In this document: piece after piece, positions 49,876-59,911 of the stretch | Numbering within the stretch: position 1 is the first letter of the stretch | Layout of the letters: each line of letters starts with the position of its first letter | Assembly (NCBI GenBank): GCA_963752595.1 | Contig: CAVVYZ010000017.1 | Location: 256,001 to 320,000, forward strand | Length of the DNA stretch: 64,000 nt | Reading direction: 5' to 3' | From: an uncultured delta proteobacterium | Lineage (GTDB): Bacteria; Desulfobacterota; Desulfomonilia; UBA1062 | Notes under the pieces: model-generated | Seen by the model: the letters and a program-made list of their open reading frames with translations, nothing else | Told to the model about the DNA's origin: nothing | Databases searched by the model: none | Made by a program: the position numbers and the translations under genes

Positions 49876-51177
49876 TTAGTCTTCGTCGTCATATACATGG
49901 GGTTTCTGCGCATCGGGGGGTACCTCTGAGGCGATGGAGCGGTTGATGCCTTTGGCGAGGATCGCGGCGATGGAGAACAGGATGATCATGGCGCCGAAAA
50001 GGATGATGACGATGGTGGCGAGCCAGACCTGGCCTTCTTTCTCGATCTTGTCGGAAGTGACCTTGGCCTGCTCGTTGAACTTTTCGATATCCACGCCCAA
50101 GGCTACGAACCCGAAGCCTGCGGGTTTGGGATAATCGGCGGAGTAGAAGGGGATGGGAGCATAGGCAACCATCTTGGTGCGTTCATCGAACTTGTAGGTC
50201 TTGATCCCGGACTTGCCGGCCAGGGCTTCCCTGGCTATTTCGGGCATGCCGGGCTCGATCCCGTCGATTGAGATGAGGTTGAGCACTTCTTCGCCCAGCT
50301 TCTTCATCTCGTCATAGTTGGTGGGATTGATGGGAGGCACCTGTGTGCCGTCCTTGTACAACCCTGCTATGTGGTAATCGAGCGGATGGGCGATGACGAA
50401 ACCCTTCTCGTCTACCATGTAGGCATAGTTGCCGGTTGAGGCATCTGCCTTGATGACATACTCGGACTCGGTCGGGATGATGTTGTCCGTATATCGTGCG
50501 AGGTGCCGTGCATCGAGGGCAAGAGCCACTACCCCAATGAATCCCTGCTTGTCGAACAGCGGTGTCGCCATTCGAATGATCCCCTTGAATCTCTTCCCTT
50601 GCTCGAATTCAGCCTTGTTCACATACCACCCGGTCATGTGAGACAGATAGACCTGACCCTTGTCCAGACCTTTTGCCTTGAGGAAGTAATCTTCGGACTT
50701 ATAGGTCGTATTGGCAGGGTTGCTCACGTTCTGGAGTGTGTTTCCCGGAACAACCTGGCCGTCCACCAGTTTGATGACCTCCCGGCCGTTTCTGTCGATA
50801 AATGACATCTCCACATACAAGGGCAGCTGCTCCTTGACGATGCCCTGGTCGGTTTTGACCCACAGGGAGCCCGTCTTGGTGGTGAGGAAATCCTTGTATG
50901 CGGAAGCAGTGGCAGGAATGATGGTGGCGATGAGCGCGTCTTTCTGGCGCTCACGCAGGAAATCCGCGATGTTCTGGCCCAGATCGACCGCGCGCACCTT
51001 GATCTCTGCTTGAGACTTCTGATCCAGAGCCAGCATGGCCCCTGACTTGGACATGCCGCCGAAGTGGACAATGCTGAAGGCAATGAGGGAAGATATCAGT
51101 AATAAGGGGATGACTACGAGCAGGAAAAATAACCTCGCAACCGTGAGAATGCGACTTCCTTTGATTGTTTCAGGCAT
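49876..51177 (-). CDS. Membrane-anchored Cache-domain sensor protein without cytoplasmic output domain
   Basis: TM - large extracytoplasmic domain (RMATPLFD, YAYMVDEKGFVIAHP, VAYAPI) - TM - short tail. Confidence 0.75.
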   Translation of the reverse strand: MPETIKGSRILTVARLFFLLVVIPLLLISSLIAFSIVHFGGMSKSGAMLALDQKSQAEIKVRAVDLGQNIADFLRERQKDALIATIIPATASAYKDFLTTKTGSLWVKTDQGIVKEQLPLYVEMSFIDRNGREVIKLVDGQVVPGNTLQNVSNPANTTYKSEDYFLKAKGLDKGQVYLSHMTGWYVNKAEFEQGKRFKGIIRMATPLFDKQGFIGVVALALDARHLARYTDNIIPTESEYVIKADASTGNYAYMVDEKGFVIAHPLDYHIAGLYKDGTQVPPINPTNYDEMKKLGEEVLNLISIDGIEPGMPEIAREALAGKSGIKTYKFDERTKMVAYAPIPFYSADYPKPAGFGFVALGVDIEKFNEQAKVTSDKIEKEGQVWLATIVIILFGAMIILFSIAAILAKGINRSIASEVPPDAQKPHVYDDED

Positions 51178-51301
51178 TTATTTTTCCCCCTTATTGTTTG
51201 AAGCGTATTCTTTACAAACTCTTACGCCGGTTTGTTCATACTTTAGTTGTTCGTGAAACTGGTAACAATTATATATTCTCCCGTCAGTCACTTTCAGCAC
51301 A

Positions 51302-51679
51302 TCAACCGAACAAGAAAGCCTTGAACGGGTTCACAAAGAGGAGAATGAGCGAAATGACCAGGGAGTAGATGGCGATGGACTCGGCCATGGCCATACCGAC
51401 CATCATGGTCATCATGATCTTGCCCTGAGCCGCCGGGTTTCTGCCCACTGCCTCGGAAGCTCCTGCCGCGGCATTACCGATGCCCGCACCAGCGCCGATA
51501 CAGCCGAGCCCGATAGCGAGGCCGGCGCCGATCATGGCGCCCACCGAGAAGATGACCTTTACATAAGGCGCCTGCTGAGGGATGACATCCGCTGCAAAGG
51601 CGGCAACCGGTGAAGCCAGTATCCAGACGGCTGCAGTTGCTGCAAAAGAGAATAAAATTTTAGCTGAATTGCGATACAT
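51302..51679 (-). CDS. atpE: Stand-alone F0 ATP synthase subunit c with N-terminal extension
   Basis: [12 protein letters not shown], loop [22 protein letters not shown]; SD AAGGAG. Confidence 0.92.
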   Translation of the reverse strand: MYRNSAKILFSFAATAAVWILASPVAAFAADVIPQQAPYVKVIFSVGAMIGAGLAIGLGCIGAGAGIGNAAAGASEAVGRNPAAQGKIMMTMMVGMAMAESIAIYSLVISLILLFVNPFKAFLFG

Positions 51680-51758
51680 GTTATTTCTCCTTTCATTGTG
51701 CAATAGTTTTCGTACCGTAAGCACCGAGTGAATGAATTCTCAATGCTGACTACCATTG

Positions 51759-51774
51759 AGCAATAGATATGCCA
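51759..51774 (-). promoter_or_regulatory. Sigma54 promoter of atpE
   Basis: Minus strand TGGCATATCTATTGCT, exact -24/-12 spacing. Confidence 0.8.
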
Positions 51775-51884
51775 ATCGCATACATCCCTCCTGAAACCTG
51801 ACCAACCATCTGATTTGCAACCTAATTTTCAGCCTCCCCTCCCATGGCACACTCCCCGGTTCATCCACCTTCCATTAAACATAT

Positions 51885-51913
51885 CGTTCAATCCTTCCCC
51901 CGCTCGTTGAACG
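51885..51913. promoter_or_regulatory. Candidate enhancer palindrome CGTTCA-N17-TGAACG
   Basis: Inverted repeat about 110 bp upstream of the atpE sigma54 promoter; similar motif at 56315-56342. Confidence 0.45.
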
Positions 51914-52082
51914 AAAAGTGCGATGCCGGCGATAACAATTGAAATTTACATGCTGAAGACCATCTGCAGAGAGTTGATGACTTTGCCTCTCCATTATGGT
52001 ACTAAAAACATTGACAATTACTTGACAAAGTAGAGGCAAGAACAGCTGCTGATAATATCGGAGAAAGAGATAAGGTCAAAAG

Positions 52083-52253
52083 ATGAGAGAAATCGGTGCC
52101 ATTGCAGGATATCTTATAGCCTGGTTGTTCTGTGAGGTGGTAATAGGCATCAAGAGCGGGTTCGTTACGCTTTTAATCTCGCTGCTCTTTGCCTTTGCCA
52201 TATATGCCCTGATCGCATACGCGGAGCATGAGGAAAGGGATGGCAACACGTGA
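52083..52253 (+). CDS. 56-aa two-helix membrane protein (below ORF-track cutoff)
   Basis: MREIGAIAGYLIAWLFCEVVIGIKSGFVTLLISLLFAFAIYALIAYAEHEERDGNT*, SD-like TAAGG upstream. Confidence 0.55.
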   Translation: MREIGAIAGYLIAWLFCEVVIGIKSGFVTLLISLLFAFAIYALIAYAEHEERDGNT

Positions 52254-52316
52254 GCATGGTCCTCTTCAGCCCTGTGTTCTTCCAGCTGGTAGAATGAAGA
52301 GAAACGATCTTTTCCG

Positions 52317-54905
52317 ATGAAGAGAAAGGTCTCCCGCTTATACCTGAGATATTCCATCTGGCTCACTGCTTTAAGCGTAATCATTCTGATAGTTTTCCTT
52401 GGATTGACTGTCTATTATGTGCGTGAAAGGTCTATCGTCGAGCTTTTCAGCGCCCAGCAGGCATCCGTTGCGGATCAGGTCGCAGCGAGGATGGAAGAGT
52501 CCATTGCAAAAAGCGAAAAGGGCATGATCATGCTCGCCAAGCTGTTGGGCGACCAGGGAACGGCTCCGGAAAAGAAAAGAGAGAGCATCGATGCCCTCTA
52601 TGATGAACTCCGGAATGTCGTGTGGGCAATCATAATAATCGACAAAAACGATGTCGTTATCGACGGGCGCCCGGAAAATGTTGTGTCCAGGATCTCCGGC
52701 AGGAGATATGTTGATCCGGCGATGAGTCATGCGATAAAGAAATTGAACCAGAGGTACACAGGCGAGATCGGCATGAAAGGCAGCGAGAAAGAACCACAGG
52801 GCAAAACCATCGGGATCGGGCTGCCTGTGCTGAATGAGGAAGGCAGATACGGCGGAGCGGTATTTGCCGTTTTGCCCCCCGAGTTCTTCCTGGGCAGGAC
52901 CATATCGGTAGATCAAACGTATATGAGCGACTTCTGGCTCGTCGATGAATCGGGCACAGTAGTCTTTCACCCGAATAAAGATATAAGGATTGGAGATTTG
53001 AAAAATGAACCATCCTTTAAGATGTTCTCCTATAACCCGAAACGCTATAGCGAGCTGAACCTTTCCCGGGAGGGCAAACATGAAAAAAGCATTATTGCCT
53101 ATGCACCGATCCGCATCGGCATCACGAAGTGGTGGATCGTTCTTGTTACTCCCTATGATAAGGTTCTGAAACCCATTCGCAGCGCCTCCTTCAACATTAT
53201 CCTGGGCGCTGTCGGCCTCATTGTCGTGGTCATCATCACAGCCGTTTCCATTGCACGTTCAGACGTGAAGCGGGCACGCCTCAAGGAAGAGCTCAAGCGG
53301 CTCAAGGAAAGCGAGGTATGGCAGGGCAAGCTCTTAAGAGAAAAGATGACCATCGACGGGATCATCGAAGGCTCTCCGGTACCGATGTTCGTATTGAATA
53401 ACAATCACAAGGTCATCTTGTGGAACCGTGCCTGTACCGATCTTACCGGCTTCAGCTCGGACGAGATGATCAATACGGATAACTACCATAAGCCGTTCTA
53501 TAAAGAAAAACGGCCTTTCCTGGCAGATTTTATCATTGATCGTAACATGGAGAGTTTTGATACCTATTACGGTGAAGGGAAGGTCATTAAATCCGAATCG
53601 ATCGAAGGGGCGTATGAGGCCGTCAAGCATTTCAAGAACTTACGGGGCAAGGACCGCCACCTGCACTTCCTCGCTGCGCCGATCTTTGATGAAAAAGGTG
53701 AGATTGTAGCCGCCATCGAGACGTTCCTCGACGTATCGAAGGAGGTGGAGCTCACCAAGAGCCTGATGGAATATGCCGAGACCCTGCAGAACGAGCTGGA
53801 TGAGAATATCCGGCTCGCGCATGAGGTGGAAGACCTCTACAACTATCTCCAGAGCATCCTGGACAGCCTGCCGGATAAGATCTACGAGCTGAACAGGGAA
53901 GGGATCATCAACTATGTGAGCCGGCATATCAAAGACCGCAGAAGCCCGCACGACCCCAAGGGCAGGCATTTTACCGAATACGTGGCGCCTGAGCACAGGG
54001 CATACGCCATGTCGAAATGGGAGGATGCGAAGAGGGGGATCTACAACCCGTACGAGCTCGAACTGTCCATGAAAGACGGCAGAAAGAAAAAGCTCCTGAT
54101 GACGCCCGGCCCGGTCAAGGGAACAGACAGGTTCGTTCTGGTCGAGCGCGACATTACCGAGTTCAAGGAGCTCGAGGAAAAATACTATGAGAGCCAGAAG
54201 CTCGCTGCGATCGGCCAGCTTTCAGCCGGGATCGCCCATGAAGTCAGGAATCCCCTTTCCTCGATAAAGATGAGCCTGCAGATTCTGGAAAAGCGCATGC
54301 AGCCTGAAGGCAACGATCTCAAAAGGTTCAAGATCGCACAGCGGGAGGTCGAGCATCTCGAAAAGCTCGTAAGCGACGTGCTCATCTATGCCAAGCCTCT
54401 GGACCCGAAGAAAGAACTTTCCGACATGAGGGTGGTCGTTGAGCAGGCACTCGCAATGGTAGAGAAATCTCTCTATGAGAAGGAGATCGCGGTCGAAAAG
54501 AGCTACCCGGATGATCCCGGGATGATCATGGCCGATCCGGTTATGATCAAACAGGCGCTCATCAATATTTTCCAGAATGCTACCGATGCTATGGAGCACA
54601 AGGGAAGGCTCGGGATCTCTTTGAAGGGCGATCATGATTTCCTTTCCATCGAGGTGGAAGACAACGGCTGCGGGATCGACGAGCAGGACCGCCCCCACCT
54701 GTTCAACCCGTTCTTTACCAGGAAAAACTACGGGACAGGCCTCGGCCTCACCCAGGTGAAGAAAATCGTGGATCAGCATGACGGGAATATCGAGATAATC
54801 AGTGGCAGCGGCGAAGGAACCCGGTTTATCCTCTCTTTCCCGAGGGCTGGGTGCACTTATGAGGACAGGGATGCATTGGACGATAATCAATCTATACAAT
54901 CATAA
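52317..54905 (+). CDS. Cache/PAS/PAS sensor histidine kinase
   Basis: Two TM helices, two PAS domains, H-box AHEVRNPL, N box, DNGCGI, FNPFFT, GTGLGL. Confidence 0.95.
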   Translation: MKRKVSRLYLRYSIWLTALSVIILIVFLGLTVYYVRERSIVELFSAQQASVADQVAARMEESIAKSEKGMIMLAKLLGDQGTAPEKKRESIDALYDELRNVVWAIIIIDKNDVVIDGRPENVVSRISGRRYVDPAMSHAIKKLNQRYTGEIGMKGSEKEPQGKTIGIGLPVLNEEGRYGGAVFAVLPPEFFLGRTISVDQTYMSDFWLVDESGTVVFHPNKDIRIGDLKNEPSFKMFSYNPKRYSELNLSREGKHEKSIIAYAPIRIGITKWWIVLVTPYDKVLKPIRSASFNIILGAVGLIVVVIITAVSIARSDVKRARLKEELKRLKESEVWQGKLLREKMTIDGIIEGSPVPMFVLNNNHKVILWNRACTDLTGFSSDEMINTDNYHKPFYKEKRPFLADFIIDRNMESFDTYYGEGKVIKSESIEGAYEAVKHFKNLRGKDRHLHFLAAPIFDEKGEIVAAIETFLDVSKEVELTKSLMEYAETLQNELDENIRLAHEVEDLYNYLQSILDSLPDKIYELNREGIINYVSRHIKDRRSPHDPKGRHFTEYVAPEHRAYAMSKWEDAKRGIYNPYELELSMKDGRKKKLLMTPGPVKGTDRFVLVERDITEFKELEEKYYESQKLAAIGQLSAGIAHEVRNPLSSIKMSLQILEKRMQPEGNDLKRFKIAQREVEHLEKLVSDVLIYAKPLDPKKELSDMRVVVEQALAMVEKSLYEKEIAVEKSYPDDPGMIMADPVMIKQALINIFQNATDAMEHKGRLGISLKGDHDFLSIEVEDNGCGIDEQDRPHLFNPFFTRKNYGTGLGLTQVKKIVDQHDGNIEIISGSGEGTRFILSFPRAGCTYEDRDALDDNQSIQS

Positions 54906-54919
54906 AAAGGGCAGGTAGT

Positions 54920-56299
54920 ATGTCTAAGATCCTCGTTATCGACGATGACAGTTCCATCAGGGAAACGCTCGATCTGTATCTGACGGAAGAAGGATACAGC
55001 GTGCAGACCGCGCCGACAGGGACGGACGGGCTCAATAAGTTTACGCAGATCTCCCCTGACGTGGTTATCCTCGATATCAGGCTTCCGGATGTGAACGGGT
55101 TCAGGATCCTGGAGGATTTGCGGGAAGAGGACGAGCACGTCAAGGTCATCATGATCACGGCCCATCACGACATGGAATCCACCATCAAAGCGATGAAAGA
55201 GGGCGCGTTTGACTATATCCACAAGCCGGTAGACGTCAACGAGCTCGACATCGCCATCAGGAAGGCCATACACGCCCTCGAGATGGAGAAGAAGATCAAG
55301 GGCCTTCTCGTGGAGTCTTCAAGAGACTTCAAGGTAGGCGATATCATCGGCGTGGGCCCTTATATGCGGGAGATATTCAAGACTATCGGGGTGGTGTCCC
55401 AGAGCAAGACTCCCGTGCTCCTGCAGGGTGAGAGCGGCACAGGAAAAGAGCTCATAGCCAAGGTGATTCACAACAACACCTCAGCAGAAGAGCCCTACAT
55501 AGGCATAAACTGCTCTGCAATCGTGGAGACCCTTCTCGAGTCGGAGCTCTTCGGCCATGAAAAGGGATCGTTCACCGGTGCGATCAACCGCAAGCCGGGC
55601 AAGTTCGAGCTTGCACGCTACGGAACGGTATTCCTCGACGAGATCAGCGAGATGTCGCTGAACCTTCAGGCCAAGCTCCTCCGCGTGCTTCAGGAAAGGG
55701 AGTTCGAGCGTGTCGGCGGCAAAGACAGGATCAAGGTGAATGCCAGGGTCATCGCAGCTACCAACAAGGACCTGAAAACACTCATAAAGGAAGGTCTGTT
55801 CAGGGATGACCTGTATTACCGGCTGAACATCGTCACCATCACTATCCCCCCGTTGAGGGACCGGAAAGAAGACCTGAACCCCCTGATCGATTATCTTCTC
55901 GAAAAGATAAACCTGGATCTCCACAAGCAGATCGCAGGTGTTTCCGATGAAGTGCTGGAGGTTTTCAGGCAATACAGCTGGCCCGGGAATGTGAGGGAGC
56001 TCGAGAACCTTCTTGTCCGGGCAGCAGTAGTAGCCAAGGGGCAGGTCCTTATTAAATCCGACTTTCCCGACCTCAATGAAGATCAGAGATCTTCCAGGGC
56101 AAAAGATCAGGAGATGGATACCTTCTGTGACTCTGCAGGCAGGATCCTTACCCTGGACGAGGTCGAAGAGAAGCACATCCGGAGAGTGATGAAGGATACA
56201 AAGAAAAACAAAGGCGAGATCTGCGATATCCTCGGCATATCCCGGCCGACCTTCGAGAGGAAGCTGGAAAAATACGGCATCCTTTTCGAGCGCGAGTAA
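54920..56299 (+). CDS. NtrC/AtoC-family sigma54-dependent response regulator
   Basis: Receiver, [36 protein letters not shown], Fis-type HTH. Confidence 0.96.
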   Translation: MSKILVIDDDSSIRETLDLYLTEEGYSVQTAPTGTDGLNKFTQISPDVVILDIRLPDVNGFRILEDLREEDEHVKVIMITAHHDMESTIKAMKEGAFDYIHKPVDVNELDIAIRKAIHALEMEKKIKGLLVESSRDFKVGDIIGVGPYMREIFKTIGVVSQSKTPVLLQGESGTGKELIAKVIHNNTSAEEPYIGINCSAIVETLLESELFGHEKGSFTGAINRKPGKFELARYGTVFLDEISEMSLNLQAKLLRVLQEREFERVGGKDRIKVNARVIAATNKDLKTLIKEGLFRDDLYYRLNIVTITIPPLRDRKEDLNPLIDYLLEKINLDLHKQIAGVSDEVLEVFRQYSWPGNVRELENLLVRAAVVAKGQVLIKSDFPDLNEDQRSSRAKDQEMDTFCDSAGRILTLDEVEEKHIRRVMKDTKKNKGEICDILGISRPTFERKLEKYGILFERE

Positions 56300-56314
56300 A
56301 AATAAGCACTTCCG

Positions 56315-56342
56315 ATTCAACGTTTCATCGAACGGGCTGAAC
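56315..56342. promoter_or_regulatory. Candidate enhancer ATTCA-N18-TGAAC
   Basis: TTCAACG...TGAAC, resembles the atpE-side palindrome, about 120 bp upstream of a sigma54 site. Confidence 0.4.
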
Positions 56343-56462
56343 ATTCCATTTAATTCTTAGCGAGTATGCGGGTGTATTTTGTCTAGGGGTGCCAGTGGCT
56401 ATCTGCTGATAAAACAAGTAAAAACAATGAACTGGAAGGTTAAAATCATAGTTGCGGAGAGT

Positions 56463-56478
56463 TGGCACGGTTTTTCCT
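56463..56478 (+). promoter_or_regulatory. Probable sigma54 promoter with variant -12 box
   Basis: TGGCACGGTTTTTCCT: consensus -24 TGGCACG, -12 TTCC instead of TTGC. Confidence 0.55.
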
Positions 56479-56531
56479 AAGAGAAGGGGCAGCAAGCACA
56501 CAAAAAGAGAATAATAAGGAGGGTCCTTACC

Positions 56532-56807
56532 ATGAAGAAAACAGTCCAGACAGCAATCGTAGCATTTTTTGTAATACTGATCACGTCAAGTTTTGCATTT
56601 GCGGCGCATGCGACCTCAGGAGGAGATAGCTTTCCGTACTTTCATCTTGGGTGTCTGATCATGGGCGGGATGACGATCGTATCATTGAAGCACCGGTATC
56701 CGAGGATGTACTTAAGCGAAGCGGTTGGGTCATTTGCGCTGTACGCGGTGCTGGTAGCGATGTTCACGGCTCCGGTAATCGGAGCGGTAAAGAATCTGGT
56801 AAGCTAA
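56532..56807 (+). CDS. Small membrane protein of unknown function (signal peptide plus two helices)
   Basis: Strong SD TAAGGAGG, signal peptide ending AFA, two hydrophobic segments. Confidence 0.8.
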   Translation: MKKTVQTAIVAFFVILITSSFAFAAHATSGGDSFPYFHLGCLIMGGMTIVSLKHRYPRMYLSEAVGSFALYAVLVAMFTAPVIGAVKNLVS

Positions 56808-56905
56808 GGGAGAAGGGATAAAGGACCTGGTGAGGACCCGCCCTTGAGCAGGGTAGCCGAGCAAGGGGCTTATGGGCGGGGATGAGAAGAAAGGAGGGAA
56901 CAGGT

Positions 56906-57163
56906 ATGGTACGGATGAATAAGAAGGTCCAGGATGCAAGGAACCTCAATCACATAATGATGATGAGTGCATGGAGCTTTACCATAGTTGTTTCCTCGTT
57001 TGTGTTTCTGTTCGCGGGCAGGTGGATCGATGAGAAGATAGGGACGGAGCCCGGGTTCATGATCGGTCTGTTCATCTTGGGCATCGCGCTTTGCATCGGC
57101 CGGATGTACGGTGACTTCATCAAGACACGGGAGAACATCAAGAGGTACGGATATCAACTCTAG
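56906..57163 (+). CDS. AtpZ/AtpI (ATPase gene 1) family membrane protein
   Basis: GRWIDEKIGTEPGFMIGLFILG matches the G.W.D...GT.P.F hairpin motif; SD AGGAGG. Confidence 0.8.
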   Translation: MVRMNKKVQDARNLNHIMMMSAWSFTIVVSSFVFLFAGRWIDEKIGTEPGFMIGLFILGIALCIGRMYGDFIKTRENIKRYGYQL

Positions 57164-57202
57164 TCTTATACGCAACTGATAAAGGTTTTAACCCCCACAC
57201 AC

Positions 57203-57241
57203 CCCGAGAGCCTATGAACCCCATCGGCTCTCGGACTTTTT
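57203..57241 (+). terminator. Intrinsic terminator after the atpZ-like gene
   Basis: CCGAGAGCC...GGCTCTCGG followed by T tract. Confidence 0.7.
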
Positions 57242-57638
57242 ATTATGTCAATTCCCATCAGCCATATTCCAGGAAGAAGACCTTGGAACACCCTTTAAGG
57301 ATGAGTGAACTATGCTGAAACTATAGGCGTTTGAAACCCGGGTGAGGTCGAGTGTTTGCATTAAAAAGCAGGAGTTTCCTTTGTAGGAATACTTAAGCAT
57401 CAATAGCGAGGATTGCATACAGCTCTGTTGCCTCGTCTATGGTTTATCGGGAAGCTCCCCTTGTCTCGAGTATAGGCAGTTTTCAAGAGATGTTCCTTAT
57501 CATTCACTGAAATGTAAGCAGTTCACCTACAGGGAGTAAGAAATAGATTTACCGCAATATCAGACGCCATCGGGCATCCAGGGGGATTTATTTATCATAT
57601 ATCCCGTACATACAGAAAACTGGAGAAGGAGACGGATA

Positions 57639-59617
57639 ATGGCTGATAATAATGAACAGGATTTTTATGACAAGGTTTTTCCCGTTCCTGACAGAGTCAG
57701 GGAGAAATCATACATCAAGAGCAGGGCAGATTATGAGAAAATGTACAAGGAATCCATCGAGAATCCGGATGCCTTCTGGGCGAAACAGGCGCTGTGAGAG
57801 ACTGAGCTGGTTCAAGTCCTTTGACAAGAAAAAGGTTTCCGACTGGTCGTTCGGTGACGATCTTCATGTAAAATGGTTTGAAGGCGGAAAGCTGAATGTA
57901 AGCTATAACTGCCTGGACCGGCACCTGGAAACGAAGAAGACCAAAGCGGCGATCATTTTCGAAGGCAATGACCCCAACGACTGGAAGGTCTATACGTATT
58001 ACGACCTGTACCGGGAGGTGAACAAGTTTGCGAATGTCCTCAAGGACCTGGGTATCAAGAAGGGCGATGTGGTAACCATCTATCTCCCCATGATCCCGGA
58101 GCTGGTCATCACCATGCTTGCCTGCACCAGGATCGGCGCACTCCACGCCATCGTGTTCGGCGGCTTCTCCGCGGAAGCTCTCAGGGACAGGATAAACGAC
58201 TGCAAATCCACCCTGCTCATCACCTGCGACGGCACCTACCGGGGAGCCAAGGCAGTCCCGCAGAAGGACAACGCGGACAAGGCGGCCGAACAGTGCCCGA
58301 CGGTAAAGACCCAGATCGTGGTCAAACGGACCGGCACCAAGGTGGACATGAAGGAAGGCCGCGACATCTGGTACGAGGACCTGATGGCCAAGGCGGCACC
58401 GTATACTGCAAGCCGGAGGAAATGGATGCCGAAGATCCGCTGTTCATCCTCTATACCTCCGGTTCCACCGGAAACCCAAGGGCGTGCTGCACACGACCGC
58501 GGGATATCTCCTGTATGCCTCCATGACCCAGGAGCTGGCCTTCGACGTGCGCGATGAAGACGTCTACTGGTGCACGGCCGACATCGGCTGGGTGACCGGT
58601 CACAGCTACGTGGCCTACGGCCCGCTCTGCAACGGATACACCAGCATCGTGTTCGAGGGCGTTCCCAGCTATCCGGACTACGACCGGTTCTGGGCCGTGG
58701 TGGAAAAATACAATGTCAACAACTTTTACACCGCACCGACCGCCATCCGCGCCATTGCCAAGGAAGGGGACAAGTGGGTGGAAATGCACGACATCTCTTC
58801 GCTGCGGGTCCTCGGCTCGGTGGGCGAACCGCTGAACCCCGAAGCCTGGTGGTGGTATTACAACAAGGTCGGCGGCGGCAGGTGCACCATCGCGGATACC
58901 TGGTGGCAGACCGAGACCGGCGGCCACATGATCCTCCCGCTGCCCGGCGCCATCGATATCAAACCCGCCAAGGCCATGGTGCCCTTCTTCGGCGTGTAGC
59001 CGGCCATCATGAGATGAAGACGGGAAAGAGATCACGGGTCCCGGCAAGGGAGCCCTGTGCATCAAGACTGCATGGCCTGGCATGCTGCAGAGGAGTATAC
59101 GGCGACCAGGACTCTGTTCAGGGAAAATTACTTCTCACAGTTCCCCGGGTACTACTTCTCGGGTGACGGAGCCGAGCGGGATGCGGACGGCGATTATAAG
59201 ATCACCGGCAGGATCGACGACGTCATCAACGTTTCCGGTCACCGGCTGGGAACTGCGGAAGTCGAAGCGGCCCTAACCCTGCATCCGGATGTGGCCGAAT
59301 CAGCGGTCGTGGGATTCCCCCACAATATCAAAGGACAGGGAATCTATGCCTATGTGACGCTGAATACCGGCGTGAACAAGACCGACGCGCTGAAGAAGGA
59401 CCTGGTCGCGCTGGTCCGCAAGGAGATCGGCCCCATTGCGACTCCAGACTGTATCCAGTGGGCTGACGGTCTTCCCAAGACCAGGTCGGGCAAGATCATG
59501 CGCCGCGTGCTGAGAAAGGTCGCAGCCAATGACTTCACCGATCTCGGTGATACCTCGACCATGGCGGATTCAGGTGTCGTGGACGACCTGATCAGCGGCA
59601 GGAAGGAAATAGGCTAG
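57639..59617 (+). CDS. acs: AMP-forming acetyl-CoA synthetase, frameshifted in this sequence
   Basis: [70 protein letters not shown]. Confidence 0.93.
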
Positions 59618-59628
59618 AAGACTCAACA

Positions 59629-59669
59629 GGCGTGGGGTCCGGGTAAAGGGCCTCACGCTCCCGTTTTTT
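59629..59669 (+). terminator. Terminator after acs
   Basis: GGCGTGGGGTCC/GGGCCTCACGCT stem then T tract. Confidence 0.55.
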
Positions 59670-59785
59670 ATGAGCCGGTACATGATTTGTAGGAGAGAAA
59701 GCAGGATGTCTCCTTAATTTGCTTGGCGGCTTAAGAATTTACAGATGAACGGCTCGCAGGAATCACCATCAGAAAGAGAGATGAA

Positions 59786-59823
59786 AGGCCGGATCAACCT
59801 CGATCCGGCCTAGTTCTTTTTTT
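59786..59823. terminator. Terminator-like hairpin
   Basis: AGGCCGGATC-AACCTC-GATCCGGCCT followed by T tract. Confidence 0.6.
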
Positions 59824-59911
59824 ACTCGCAATCGGGAAAAAGGAACGCGAACAATAGACGATGCCCTGGTATATTGGAAAAATAAAGCCATCGATGAAAC
59901 TGCCTTCCGCC

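Noticed and set aside
57245-57638. Long acs upstream region as ncRNA or riboswitch
   Set aside because: No recognisable family motif or convincing extended structure.
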